Both the position numbers and the translations under genes were made by a program. From an uncultured Anaerolineae bacterium (GTDB lineage Bacteria; Chloroflexota; Anaerolineae; JAADDB01), in NCBI GenBank assembly GCA_964487375.1, contig CAZAQA010000009.1, positions 47,747-111,746 of the forward strand: a stretch of 64,000 bases of DNA, read 5' to 3'. Shown in pieces: positions 20,122 to 30,427 of this stretch. The notes beneath the pieces are model-generated. The model was not told where the DNA came from and searched no databases. It saw nothing but the letters and a program-made list of their open reading frames with translations. Within the stretch, counting starts at the first letter, position 1. Each line of letters opens with the position of its first letter.

Positions 20122-21183
20122 ATGAGTCCAACCATTCGTGATGTCGCTCGTCGAGCTGGTGTCAGCGTTGGCACGGTATCCCACGTGCTTAATGGGTCCG
20201 CGACGGTCAGCGAGGCCACTCGCGCTCGCGTGCTCGAAGCCATTCGCGATCTGGATTACCACCCCGACGAAGCTGCTCGCACTCTGCGCCGTCGTACCAC
20301 GGGGACGATCGGCCTTGTGCGTTCAGTCGAGGGGGGCGCACACATGTTGACTGAGGCCAACGATTACGTCTTCCTGGAATTCCTGGCCGGAGCCCAGGAA
20401 GTGACCATGCGGGAGGGCATCGGCATTCTCCTATGGGCAGCAAGCCCTGGCCCCTCGGAGGAAGAGGTGTACCGCCGGCTGGTCCGCGGCCGCCGTGTGG
20501 ACGGTTTCTTGCTCTTGGGGACACGCACCGATGACTGGCGGGTTCACTATCTGGAAGAGCAGGGAGTTCCCTTTGTAGCTTTCGGGCGGGCCCCAGACGG
20601 CGGTGATTTTCCTTACGTGGATGTAGACGGCGAGAAAGCCCTGGTGTTAATCACCGAACACCTGGTGTACCTGGGGCATCGCCGTATCGGTTACATCGAG
20701 CCCCCCAAAGGACTGATGTGTGCAGTCCACCGTCGCAACGGATACTTGAGCACCCTGGAACGTCACCACACCCCGGTGGACGAGCGTCTGATCATAGCCG
20801 GCGGGTTTACCTGGGAGGACGGGGAGCGGGCGATGCGGGACCTGATGTACCTGCCCGATCCGCCCACGGCGGTCATTGCGCCCAATGACGTTGCAGCCAT
20901 GGGAGCGGTGGCTGCGGCCAGGGTCATGGGATTAGAGGTAGGTCGAGACATCTCCGTCGTGGGATTCGACGATATTCCGCTGGCCGCGTACTGGGAGCCG
21001 CCCTTAACCACGGTGCATCAGCCCGCGCGCTGGATAGGCGCAGAAGTCACGCGTATGCTTTTGGCCTTGCTTTCGCATGGTTCGGTGCCTTCATTGCACG
21101 TTCTCGTCTCCCCGGAGTTGCGGGTGCGCCAGTCCACCGGACCGGCGCCGCAGCCTGAAAGAGAACAATGCATCGACATATAG
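20122..21183 (+). CDS. LacI family transcriptional regulator
   Basis: N-terminal HTH TIRDVARRAGVSVGTVSHVLNG...RARVLEAIRDLDYHPDEAARTLR. Periplasmic-binding-protein-like sugar-binding core. ATG at 20122. Confidence 0.85.
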   Translation: MSPTIRDVARRAGVSVGTVSHVLNGSATVSEATRARVLEAIRDLDYHPDEAARTLRRRTTGTIGLVRSVEGGAHMLTEANDYVFLEFLAGAQEVTMREGIGILLWAASPGPSEEEVYRRLVRGRRVDGFLLLGTRTDDWRVHYLEEQGVPFVAFGRAPDGGDFPYVDVDGEKALVLITEHLVYLGHRRIGYIEPPKGLMCAVHRRNGYLSTLERHHTPVDERLIIAGGFTWEDGERAMRDLMYLPDPPTAVIAPNDVAAMGAVAAARVMGLEVGRDISVVGFDDIPLAAYWEPPLTTVHQPARWIGAEVTRMLLALLSHGSVPSLHVLVSPELRVRQSTGPAPQPEREQCIDI

Positions 21184-21389
21184 CTGTCACGTCAAGCACT
21201 CAGAGGAGGCATAAGCAGGAATTCTTGACCATTCTGGTAAGACGGGACGATCGGTGCCACCGCGATTGCGTTGATTCTGAGAAATCGCCGACCGCCCTCC
21301 TGCTATGTGGGGCATTGAATCCCGTGTTACCTCCGCAGCAAGCGACGCGTTAGGGTCTGAGCAACAAGTCATTATTTTTTCCTTGCGTC

Positions 21390-21403
21390 TTGAATCGATT
21401 CAA
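21390..21403. promoter_or_regulatory. Perfect 14-bp palindrome TTGAATCGATTCAA: candidate LacI-family operator upstream of the sugar ABC operon
   Basis: Located about 120 bp upstream of the SBP start. Symmetric about a central CG as in LacI/GalR-type operators. Preceded by a T6 run. Confidence 0.5.
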
Positions 21404-21524
21404 TCAAATACCTCAAATCACTGTTGTCTGGTATCACCTTGAGGAAGGGGGGTGAAAAAATCGGCCCATAGTGTTTGCATTGTCCCATTTCATGTTCTTG
21501 AGTTCATGTCAAGGAGGAAGAATC

Positions 21525-22871
21525 ATGACCCGTGTACGTTATGTGATCCCATCACTCTTGCTGGTCCTCGTCTTAGTGTTCCTCTTGGGAGCCTGCGCTC
21601 GACCTACGCCGAAGGTTGTGAAGGAGACGGTCGTCGTCACCAAAGTCGTCGAAAAAATGGTCACACCGGAAAAACCCGCCGAGAAAATTACACTCATCAT
21701 CACCAGCGGTTCCGGCTCGGCCGGGAGCACGAAGGTGATGAAGAAGCAGATCGAGCGCTACATGCAGAAGCACCCTAACATCGACGTCAAAATCCAGGAG
21801 ATGCCCTGGTCCTCCACTCAGCAGCATGACATGTACGTCACCTGGGCCGCGGGCGGTCTTCCCGTGCCCGACATTTACCGCATCGACATTGTCTGGCCAC
21901 CCGAGTTCGCGGCTGCCGGCTGGATCCTGCCCCTGGACAAGTACATCCACAAGTACAACGTCAATATGAGCGACTACTTGCCCGGCCCTATCAACGGGGT
22001 GACCGTTAATGGTAAAATCTATGCCATGCCCTTCTTCACCGACGCTGGCCTGCTCTACTACCGCAAGGACCTGTTGGAAAAATACGGCTTTCAACCGCCG
22101 GAAACCTTTACTGATCTGAAAAAACAGGCCCTTACCATCATGAAGAAGGAGGGTATCCCCAACGGTTTCGTGTGGCAAGGTGATGCCTATGAGGGCTTGA
22201 CCGTAGATTTTCTGGAGTATGTGTGGGGCAATTGTGCCGACGTCTTGGACAAGAATGGTAACGTGGTTATCGATAACCCCAGAGCGGTAGAAGCGCTGAA
22301 AGTAATGGTAGATTACATTCAGTCAGGGGTTTCACCCGAGGGGGTGACTACCTACAAGGAAGAGGACGCACGCAATGTCTTTCAACGCGGTGACGCTGTC
22401 TTCATGCGCAATTGGCCCTATGCATGGCGTCTGCTCAACAAGGATGACTCTCCGGTCAAGGGCAAGGTGGGTGCCAAGCCCATGGTGCATGGCGAAGGGT
22501 GCAAGAGCGCCGCGGGTTTGGGCGGCTGGAATCTGGCCGTCAATAGCCAAAGCAAGCATCCTGAGGAAGCCTTCAAACTTATTGCCTACTTGACAAATCC
22601 TGAGAACCAAAAGGAGTTGGCTTTAGAGGCGGGGTTGAGCCCGGTGCGCAAATCTCTCTACCAGGACCCGGATCTGCTGGCAGCCAACCCGTTCTACAAG
22701 ACCTTGTACAACGTGTTCCTGAACGCGCGGCCACGGCCTGTGCACCCGCGCTATCCGGAGATATCTGCTACCATCTTCACCGAAGTGCACAAGGCTTTGG
22801 TGGGCGAAGAAACCCCTGAACAGGCTATTAAGCGTATGGCCGAACAAATTCGCGGAATTGTCGGCAAGTAA
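21525..22871 (+). CDS. Sugar ABC transporter substrate-binding lipoprotein (extracellular solute-binding family 1)
   Basis: AAGGAGGAAG RBS. Signal peptide with lipobox LLGAC. Pro/Lys/Val-rich tether then SBP fold (MalE/MsmE-like). Confidence 0.85.
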   Translation: MTRVRYVIPSLLLVLVLVFLLGACARPTPKVVKETVVVTKVVEKMVTPEKPAEKITLIITSGSGSAGSTKVMKKQIERYMQKHPNIDVKIQEMPWSSTQQHDMYVTWAAGGLPVPDIYRIDIVWPPEFAAAGWILPLDKYIHKYNVNMSDYLPGPINGVTVNGKIYAMPFFTDAGLLYYRKDLLEKYGFQPPETFTDLKKQALTIMKKEGIPNGFVWQGDAYEGLTVDFLEYVWGNCADVLDKNGNVVIDNPRAVEALKVMVDYIQSGVSPEGVTTYKEEDARNVFQRGDAVFMRNWPYAWRLLNKDDSPVKGKVGAKPMVHGEGCKSAAGLGGWNLAVNSQSKHPEEAFKLIAYLTNPENQKELALEAGLSPVRKSLYQDPDLLAANPFYKTLYNVFLNARPRPVHPRYPEISATIFTEVHKALVGEETPEQAIKRMAEQIRGIVGK

Positions 22872-22976
22872 GAACTGTATCCCTGTGCCTCCCCCCTCCT
22901 TTCCCTCGGTGCTTGGAGAGGAGGGGTGGGGGAGGCAACAGAGAGGACAGGAGAAAGGGAGCGGGAAGGAGGGCGC

Positions 22977-23900
22977 ATGTCGGGAAGCGAGAGAGTAATG
23001 CACAGGCTGCAACGCGTTCGCAAACACGGACTTTCTCAGCGTCAACTGGCCGTGGTTCTCATGGTACCAGCCCTTTTCACCATTCTTGTCATCGCCATCT
23101 ACCCGCTGATGCAGACCTTTTGGCTGAGCCTACAGGATTACAATCTCAAGTTCGCGGCTCAACGTCATTTTGTAGGAATGGGCAACTACGTGAAGCTGGC
23201 CCAAGATGAGCATTTCCATCAGGCGTTGAAACACACGCTTTTCTTCACGGCGGTCTCCGTAAGCCTGGAATTCGTCCTCGGACTAGCCGTCGCCTTGACC
23301 ATTCATCGGCCTTTCTGGGGCCGCGGTCTGGTGCGCGCAGCTGTATTGGTGCCGTGGGCCATCCCCACTGTCATCTCCGCTCGCATGTGGGAGTGGATGT
23401 GGAACGACCAGTTCGGCGTCATCAACGATATCCTTCTACGCCTACATCTTATCACCCACTCGTACGCCTGGTTGGGCAAACCTGCTACCGCCATGTGGGC
23501 CATCATCGTCACCGATGTGTGGAAAACCACTCCCTTCATGGCTTTACTGCTGTTAGCAGGCCTACAGGTGATTCCGGAAGACCTGTACGAATCGGCGATG
23601 ATCGATGGCGCGGGCGTGTGGCAGCGCTTCTTGTATGTAACTCTGCCCCTGCTCCGACCGGCCGTTCTGGTTGCCGTCATCTTCCGCACTCTGGATGCCT
23701 TCCGCGTCTTCGACGTGGTCTACGTACTCACTGGGGGAGCCAGCAACACAGAAACCCTGGTCGTACTCAACCAGCGAGTTCTCTTCTCCTTTCTGGAATT
23801 CGGCTTTGGATCGACCATCTCCACAGCCATTTTCATCATCATCTTCTTTTTCAGCGCGATGTACATGCGTATCCTGGGACTTAAACTGGAGGTGAAATGA
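22977..23900 (+). CDS. Carbohydrate ABC transporter permease (MalF/UgpA-like)
   Basis: Six TM helices. EAA-loop region DLYESAMIDGAGVWQRFLYVTLPLLRPA. Start ATG 22977 (AGGAGG 4 nt upstream); alternatives 22926 and 22998. Confidence 0.8.
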   Translation: MSGSERVMHRLQRVRKHGLSQRQLAVVLMVPALFTILVIAIYPLMQTFWLSLQDYNLKFAAQRHFVGMGNYVKLAQDEHFHQALKHTLFFTAVSVSLEFVLGLAVALTIHRPFWGRGLVRAAVLVPWAIPTVISARMWEWMWNDQFGVINDILLRLHLITHSYAWLGKPATAMWAIIVTDVWKTTPFMALLLLAGLQVIPEDLYESAMIDGAGVWQRFLYVTLPLLRPAVLVAVIFRTLDAFRVFDVVYVLTGGASNTETLVVLNQRVLFSFLEFGFGSTISTAIFIIIFFFSAMYMRILGLKLEVK

Positions 23901-23901
23901 C

Positions 23902-24741
23902 ATGACCCGGCAACGGCGCGTGCACGCGTCTACTTTGCTGTTCTACTTGTGGGTTATCGCCTACGTGGCGATATCCATATTTCCCCTTTACTGGGCCATC
24001 AATACGTCTTTGAAGACGCACACCGAGATCATCGTCTGGCCGCCCACCTGGTTCCCCCACGCCCTTACCTGGGCCAATTATCGGGCGACCTTTGCTGAAC
24101 ACCAGTTCGGCCGCAACATTCTGAACAGCATCCTCGTGGCCGGGGGGACGACCATCCTGGCCCTGGCCCTGGGTTCCTTGTGTGCCTACGCGTTAGCCCG
24201 TCTCCGGTTCCCGGGCAAACTGGCCATTTTAGGCTTCATTCTCATGACCTCCATGTTTCCTAGTATCGCTATTGTTAGCCCGCTCTTCATCTTCTTACGC
24301 AGATTGCACTGGTTGAACACATTTCAGGGTCTTATTGTGCCCTACACCAGTTTTGCCCTGCCGCTCACCATCTGGATTCTCACCAGCTTCTTCCACGAGA
24401 TTCCTTACGAACTGGAAGAAGCCGCGTTGGTGGATGGGGCAACGCCATTTCAAGCTTTGCGCCTTATCATCCTGCCCCTGGCCGCGCCCGGCCTGGTTAC
24501 CGCGGGCCTGCTCGTCTTCATCGCCGCCTGGAATGAATTTCTCTTCGCTCTCAACTTCACTCTGGACAACACCACGCGTACGGTCCCGGTAGCGATTGCC
24601 CTCTTCTCTCGCCAGTTCGAAGTGCCCTGGGGCGAACTGAACGCAGCCTCAGTCGTAGTCACGTTACCCCTTGTATTACTCGTCCTTATCTTCCAGCGCC
24701 GTATCATTGCCGGACTGACTGCGGGGGCTGTCAAAGGATGA
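23902..24741 (+). CDS. Carbohydrate ABC transporter permease (MalG/UgpE-like)
   Basis: Six TM helices. EAA motif ELEEAALVDGATPFQALRLIILPLAAP. Start 2 nt after the upstream stop. Confidence 0.85.
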   Translation: MTRQRRVHASTLLFYLWVIAYVAISIFPLYWAINTSLKTHTEIIVWPPTWFPHALTWANYRATFAEHQFGRNILNSILVAGGTTILALALGSLCAYALARLRFPGKLAILGFILMTSMFPSIAIVSPLFIFLRRLHWLNTFQGLIVPYTSFALPLTIWILTSFFHEIPYELEEAALVDGATPFQALRLIILPLAAPGLVTAGLLVFIAAWNEFLFALNFTLDNTTRTVPVAIALFSRQFEVPWGELNAASVVVTLPLVLLVLIFQRRIIAGLTAGAVKG

Positions 24742-25892
24742 TGGCATTCTCTCACGAAAGCCATGGGGCATGCACCTCCTCCCTGTACAGGCGAGACATA
24801 GAGATCATTCGCACCGCCCAGCATCCTCAGGGAGCCTACCCGGCTGCACCCAACTTCTCCCCTTATCAGTACGCGTGGTTCCGCGATGGGGCCTTCATTG
24901 CCTATGCCATGGATACGGCAGGAGTCCATGACAGCGCCCACCACTTTCACGCCTGGGTCGTAAGCGTCATTTTGCGCTATAAGGGAAAGGCTGAACGAAC
25001 TACAAAGAACGAGCAGCAGGAACCTCTTCCCGATCGCAATTACCTGCACGCCCGTTATGCCCTCACTGGGGAGGAAACCGACGACAAATGGCCTAATTTC
25101 CAACTGGACGGGTTGGGCACGTGGCTCTGGGCCGTGGGCGAACATCTCCATCACACCGGCATTTCTCTTCCACCCTCGTGGGCAGACGCAATCGAGCTAG
25201 TAGCAAACTACCTGGCCACATGGTGGCCTCTTCCCTGTTACGACCTGTGGGAAGAATCAGACGCCCAATTGTACGTCTACACGCTGGCCAGCATCTTCGC
25301 TGGTCTTCACGTGGCTGCTCGTCTGATGAATGGCCCCTGGGCCAGGGAATCCCAACGAATTCGCGACTTCATTCTTCGTCATGGCGTAAACGAGGGCCAC
25401 TTTGTCAAGGGTATTGCCCGTTCGGACGGACACATACCTGTAGGAGGAATAGACTCAAGTCTTGTGGGTGTGAGCGTACCCTACGGGGTAGTGGCACCCA
25501 CCGACCCCAGAGCACAGGCAACGGTGGAACGCATAGAAAAGACCCTGCACCGCCCTGGAGGGGGCGTGTACCGTTATCGAGGGGACACTTACTATGGCGG
25601 CGGAGAATGGCTGCTGACCTCGGCTTGGCTGGGATGGTATTACGCCACCGTGGGGGAGTTCCAGCGTGCCCGTGAACTGTTGGCGTGGATAGAAGCACAA
25701 GCCGACGAGCGAGGTTTTCTGCCTGAGCAAGTCACCGAACACGCTCAGTTTCCCCAGTTCATCACGATGTGGCAACAACGGTGGGGGAATGTAGCGCGTC
25801 CTCTGTTGTGGTCACACGCAATGCACCTCATCCTCTGCCACGCACTTCAAAAACAAGAAGCCGACCGGGGGACATCCGGCCGGCTTGAATAA
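24738..25892 (+). CDS. Glycoside hydrolase family 15-like protein (glucoamylase/glucodextranase/trehalase-type (alpha/alpha)6 catalytic domain only)
   Basis: Motifs YAWFRDGAF (W-x-RD), NFQLDGLGTWLWA, DLWEE (general acid region), LLTSAWLGWYYA. Start overlaps the permease stop (ATGATG/TGA). No signal peptide, so it is cytoplasmic. Confidence 0.7.
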   Translation: MMAFSHESHGACTSSLYRRDIEIIRTAQHPQGAYPAAPNFSPYQYAWFRDGAFIAYAMDTAGVHDSAHHFHAWVVSVILRYKGKAERTTKNEQQEPLPDRNYLHARYALTGEETDDKWPNFQLDGLGTWLWAVGEHLHHTGISLPPSWADAIELVANYLATWWPLPCYDLWEESDAQLYVYTLASIFAGLHVAARLMNGPWARESQRIRDFILRHGVNEGHFVKGIARSDGHIPVGGIDSSLVGVSVPYGVVAPTDPRAQATVERIEKTLHRPGGGVYRYRGDTYYGGGEWLLTSAWLGWYYATVGEFQRARELLAWIEAQADERGFLPEQVTEHAQFPQFITMWQQRWGNVARPLLWSHAMHLILCHALQKQEADRGTSGRLE

Positions 25893-25967
<75 letters not shown>

Positions 25968-26140
25968 CTGCTACACGTCCATTTTATGAGACCACGTCCC
26001 TTCTGTCAACTTCCTCTTCCCCTTACGGCACGAAATGAGCCTCCAACGCCTTGCCCCTCTCGGTCCATCAGGGGATACGGACTGCCAATTCCACCGGTTG
26101 TCGGTGTCCCCGCAAGGACCTCGCGAGGACACCGTTGATC

Positions 26141-27565
26141 TCATGCTTTCACTTTATCCTTGGTGAATCCCGGTTCCGTCATCAGGCGTGGGTCGAGGAC
26201 GCGCTCCGCGTCCTCAGGGGAGAGAAGCCCCATCTCTACCACCACTTCCTTAACCGTCCTCCCTTCCTTCAGGGCCTTCTTGACCACCACCGCCGCCTGG
26301 TCGTATCCAATGATGGGGTTGAGTGCCGTGCCCAGAATGGGGTTCCGCCCGACCAGGGTGGTGATACGCTCTTCATTGACCTCAAATCCGGCTATCGCCT
26401 TATCGGCCAGAACGCGGGCGACCCGGCCCAGGATGGAGATGGACTGAAGCAAATTGTGGGCAATGCCTGGCAACATCACGTTCAACTCGAATTCACCCAG
26501 GGCCCCGCAGAAGTTAATGGCCACATCGTTGCCGAACACCTGGGCCGCCACCAGGCGGACCGCCTCACCGATAACGGGATTCACTTTCCCCGGCATGATG
26601 GACGAGCCCGGTTGCAATGCCGGCAACCTGATCTCGGCTAACCCCGCAATCGGCCCCGAGTTCATCCAGCGCAAGTCATTGGCGATTTTCATCAAGGATG
26701 CGGCCACCGTCTTCAACTGGCCACTCAGCTCCACGGCCGCGTCCTGGGCCTGCTGCGCTTCGAAGTGATTCTCCGCCTCGCGGAAAGGAAGCCCCGTCAT
26801 CTCCGAGAGAATTGCCGCCACCCGGCGGCCAAACTCCGGATGTGTGTTGATGCCCGTCCCTACCGCGGTCCCGCCCATGGCCAACTCCGCCAGACGCGGC
26901 AACGTGGACTCGACGCGATCTACGCCCAGCGCCACCTGCCGAGCCCAGCCCGACATTTCCTGACCCAAACGAATGGGCATCGCGTCCATAAGATGAGTCC
27001 GTCCCGTCTTCACCAGGTGATCCCATGCCTGGGATTTTTGCTCCAGCGTCTCCTGCAGGTGGCGCAAGCCGGGAAGCAGGATGTCGTCCACTTCCAAATA
27101 AGCGGCCACGTGGATGGCAGAGGGGATGACGTCATTGGAGGACTGCCCTTTGTTCACGTGGTCATTGGGATGAACCGGCGACTTGGTTCCCGCCTGTCCG
27201 CCCAAAAGGATGTTCGCCCGATTGGAGATCACCTCATTGGCATTCATGTTCGTAGAGGTACCGGATCCCGTCTGGAAAATGTCGATAGGGAAATGGTCGT
27301 CCAATTTCCCCTCGGCCACTTCCATAGACGCTTCCATGATCGCATTGGCCAGCTTCTCGTCCAACAGCCCTAACTCCAGGTTGGCCCGAGCCGCTGCGTA
27401 CTTGATCAACCCCAAGGCGCGAATAAACGTGCGCGAGAAGCGAATGCCACTAATGGGGAAGTTCTCGACCGCGCGCTGGGTTTGAGCTCCCCAAAGGGCC
27501 TCTGCCGGCACCTTCACCTCACCCAGGGAATCCTTCTCGATGCGGTATTTCTGATCAGCCATCAT
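26141..27565 (-). CDS. fumC: Class II fumarate hydratase
   Basis: Aspartase/fumarase signature GSSIMPGKVNP. N-terminal MADQKYRIEKDSLGEVKVPAEALWGAQTQRA. ATG at 27565 (MMADQ); the track ORF extends 12 codons further. Confidence 0.9.
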   Translation of the reverse strand: MMADQKYRIEKDSLGEVKVPAEALWGAQTQRAVENFPISGIRFSRTFIRALGLIKYAAARANLELGLLDEKLANAIMEASMEVAEGKLDDHFPIDIFQTGSGTSTNMNANEVISNRANILLGGQAGTKSPVHPNDHVNKGQSSNDVIPSAIHVAAYLEVDDILLPGLRHLQETLEQKSQAWDHLVKTGRTHLMDAMPIRLGQEMSGWARQVALGVDRVESTLPRLAELAMGGTAVGTGINTHPEFGRRVAAILSEMTGLPFREAENHFEAQQAQDAAVELSGQLKTVAASLMKIANDLRWMNSGPIAGLAEIRLPALQPGSSIMPGKVNPVIGEAVRLVAAQVFGNDVAINFCGALGEFELNVMLPGIAHNLLQSISILGRVARVLADKAIAGFEVNEERITTLVGRNPILGTALNPIIGYDQAAVVVKKALKEGRTVKEVVVEMGLLSPEDAERVLDPRLMTEPGFTKDKVKA

Positions 27566-27685
27566 CGGCCTCCTTCGCGTGGTGCGTAAGATGCAAGACA
27601 TCGCGCATGATCACGTTTTACCCTTTCCCGACACCGACACCGCACGTCCACGACTTCTTTCGCGAGCACCAGCCCTCCGGGCCCC

Positions 27686-29236
27686 TCAGAGAGGGATGTT
27701 CCCATGTTTTTTCGGCGGATTCGTGTCTCGCTTGTTGCGCAGCATCTCCAGGGCATTGATGAGCCGCGGGCGTGTCTGCTGAGGTTCGATGACATCGTCC
27801 AGGAAACCTCGCGAGGCGGCAATGTAGGGCGTGGCAAACTTGGACCTATAATCGGCCACCAGCCGGCTCCGCTCCGCGTCAGGGTCCGCCGCTCGAGCCA
27901 ATTGGCGACGAAAGACGATGTTGACCGCCCCTTCCGGCCCCATGACCGCGATTTCTGCCGAGGGCCAGGCCATGTTGATATCCCCCCGCAGGTGTTTGGA
28001 CGACATCACGTCGTAAGCTCCACCGTATGCCTTGCGAGTGATGAGCGTCACTTTCGGGACCGTGGCTTCCGCGTAGGCGTAGAGCAACTTGGCCCCATGG
28101 CGAATAATGCCGCCGTGTTCCTGGTGGGTGCCGGGCATGAACCCGGGCACATCCACAAACGTCACGATAGGAATGTTGAAGGCGTCGCAGAAACGCACGA
28201 AGCGTGCCGCCTTCACGCTGGCGTCGATGTCCAGCACGCCGGCCAACACCGCAGGCTGGTTGGCCACGATACCCACCGAATGCCCCCCCAGATGAGCAAA
28301 GCCCACCAGAATGTTCTGGGCAAAATGCTCATGGACCTCGAAGAAAATGCCGTCATCTACCACCCGCCGAATCACTTCCTTCATATCATACGGCTTATTA
28401 GGGTGGTCTGGTATGATTTGGTTCAGTTCTGAGTCGGTTCGCAAGGGATCATCACTGGTCGGACGAAGAGGTGGGTCTTCCAGATTGTTCTGGGGAAGGT
28501 AAGAAAGCAACTGTTGAACCACAAAAATAGCGTCCTCTTCGTCCTCGGCCGCAAAGTGGGCCACCCCGGACTTGGTCGCGTGTGTCCAGGCCCCTCCCAA
28601 TTCCTCGAAGCTCACCTCCTCATGGGTCACCGTCTTGACCACCTCCGGGCCGGTGATAAACATGTACGAGGTATTCTTGACCATGATGATGAAATCAGTG
28701 ATGGCCGGAGAGTACACCGCCCCCCCCGCGGACGGCCCCATGATAAGGGAAATCTGTGGGACCACGCCCGACGCCAATGTGTTGCGCAGGAAGATATCCG
28801 CGTATCCCCCCAGGGAAATCACGCCCTCCTGGATACGCGCGCCACCTGAATCGTTAATCCCGATCACGGGCGCCCCGTTCTTCATGGCCATATCCAGGAT
28901 CTTGCAAATCTTCTGCGCGTGCGCTTCCCCCAAGGAGCCACCAAAGACGGTGAAATCCTGAGAATAGACGTACACCAGCCGCCCCTCGATGGTTCCATAC
29001 CCCGTGACCACGCCGTCACCCAGGTATTTTTGTCGATCCAGACCGAAGTCCGTCGTGCGGTGGGTAACGAACATATCAAGTTCACGAAAGCTCCCCTTGT
29101 CCAACAAGAGATCGATGCGCTCGCGAGCCGTGAGCTTTCCCTTCGCGTGCTGACGCTTGATGCGTTCCTCTCCGCCTCCGAGACGGGCTTCTTCTCTCAA
29201 CTTCTTCAGTGCCGCGATCTTCGCTTCCAGACTCAC
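27686..29236 (-). CDS. pccB: Acyl-CoA carboxylase carboxyltransferase subunit (propionyl-CoA carboxylase beta / methylmalonyl-CoA carboxyltransferase-like)
   Basis: 516 aa. N-terminal coiled region [41 protein letters not shown]. Two crotonase-like carboxyltransferase halves (GGARIQEG...). Confidence 0.85.
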   Translation of the reverse strand: MSLEAKIAALKKLREEARLGGGEERIKRQHAKGKLTARERIDLLLDKGSFRELDMFVTHRTTDFGLDRQKYLGDGVVTGYGTIEGRLVYVYSQDFTVFGGSLGEAHAQKICKILDMAMKNGAPVIGINDSGGARIQEGVISLGGYADIFLRNTLASGVVPQISLIMGPSAGGAVYSPAITDFIIMVKNTSYMFITGPEVVKTVTHEEVSFEELGGAWTHATKSGVAHFAAEDEEDAIFVVQQLLSYLPQNNLEDPPLRPTSDDPLRTDSELNQIIPDHPNKPYDMKEVIRRVVDDGIFFEVHEHFAQNILVGFAHLGGHSVGIVANQPAVLAGVLDIDASVKAARFVRFCDAFNIPIVTFVDVPGFMPGTHQEHGGIIRHGAKLLYAYAEATVPKVTLITRKAYGGAYDVMSSKHLRGDINMAWPSAEIAVMGPEGAVNIVFRRQLARAADPDAERSRLVADYRSKFATPYIAASRGFLDDVIEPQQTRPRLINALEMLRNKRDTNPPKKHGNIPL

Positions 29237-29270
29237 CGAATTGCCTCCAAAAGCAGAATCTTTGTGAACA

Positions 29271-29906
29271 TCACACCTTCCCCGGTTCCCACATGGCAGT
29301 AGACGCGCGCTTGCGCCGGATTCGGACGGCCCAGGCCATGAAGCCGCCCGTCAACAGGAAAGTCATGCCGATGGTATGCCACTTCAACAGGGGCAACACG
29401 CGCAGGTCAGGGATGGCCGGGAAGTAGCCCAACCCGTAATCCACGTAATCGCTGCTGATGAACCACGCACCGGCCACCAACGCCCAGGTGATACGCGGAC
29501 GCAAAGCGTAGAGCAAGTAGAGGCCCTCCAGGATCATGCCAATGTGTGTCAGGCACATGGCCACGCCCATGCCGCTGAGGGGGTACCCCAAGGCCCAGTA
29601 ACCATACCAGGCCAGGTTCGTCCAAACGCCATACTTGATCAGGCCGAAGGCCACCAGCAGATTGTACGCATTGTTCCCTCGGCCTCGCAACGTCAAAATG
29701 AACGCCGGGACAAACAGAAGAGCGAAGAGAGGACAATCGGGGATGAAGGGCCAAAGATACAAAGGAGATTGGAGCAACTGTCCTCCATACCAGTAAATCG
29801 TGCCCCAGACGAACCCTATCAAGTTGGCCAGAATGATGACCCCGACCGCCCAGGGTTGTTCTGCCAGGTGGACCAGCCGCCCATATGTCCTCATGAGTGT
29901 GTGCAT
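29271..29906 (-). CDS. Hydrophobic W/Y-rich membrane protein, DUF1405-like
   Basis: 211 aa, about 6 TM helices, many Trp/Tyr at helix ends. Family name assigned from memory of the composition and is uncertain. Confidence 0.5.
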   Translation of the reverse strand: MHTLMRTYGRLVHLAEQPWAVGVIILANLIGFVWGTIYWYGGQLLQSPLYLWPFIPDCPLFALLFVPAFILTLRGRGNNAYNLLVAFGLIKYGVWTNLAWYGYWALGYPLSGMGVAMCLTHIGMILEGLYLLYALRPRITWALVAGAWFISSDYVDYGLGYFPAIPDLRVLPLLKWHTIGMTFLLTGGFMAWAVRIRRKRASTAMWEPGKV

Positions 29907-29908
29907 GA

Positions 29909-30427
29909 TTACTCCTCGTCTTCCGTCTCACGTGTCGAACGGGCCAGAGGCCGGGCCGGCACGCCACCCACCACCGCGCCAGCCGGGACATCCTTGTTCA
30001 CCAGACTCATGGCGCTGACCGTGGCCCCATCTCCGATGACCACGCCCGGCAAAATGGTGCAATTGGCGCCAATGGTGACGTTCTTGCCGATGACCACCGG
30101 TCCTCGCCGCCATTCTCGTCTCAAATATTCGTGGCCCAGAATTACCGTGTTGTAGCCGATGATGCTATTGTCCCCAATGTGAATCTCCTCCGGAAAGAAA
30201 ATGTCCATCATCGCCATCAACCCTACGGACACATGCCGGCCCACCCGCATGCCCACCCGTCGGTAGAGCCAGTTTTTGAGGGCCAGAGAAGGGATGAACC
30301 GGCAGAGATAGATGATGAGAAAATTGCGCACAACCTTGAGCGGATGAACAGTCTCAGTCCAGTGTTGGAGAGAGTTGCGTTCATCCGGACTTCTCGTCGT
30401 GATTAATCGCTCATGTCGGGTCATCAA
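29909..30427 (-). CDS. Hexapeptide-repeat (left-handed beta-helix) acetyltransferase
   Basis: Repeating [LIV]-G-x-x-x-x hexads (IGDNSIIGYNTVILGHE...VVIGKNVTIGANCTILPGVVIGDGATV). C-terminal GGVPARP typical of WbbJ/CysE-type sugar O-acetyltransferases. Confidence 0.7.
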   Translation of the reverse strand: MMTRHERLITTRSPDERNSLQHWTETVHPLKVVRNFLIIYLCRFIPSLALKNWLYRRVGMRVGRHVSVGLMAMMDIFFPEEIHIGDNSIIGYNTVILGHEYLRREWRRGPVVIGKNVTIGANCTILPGVVIGDGATVSAMSLVNKDVPAGAVVGGVPARPLARSTRETEDEE

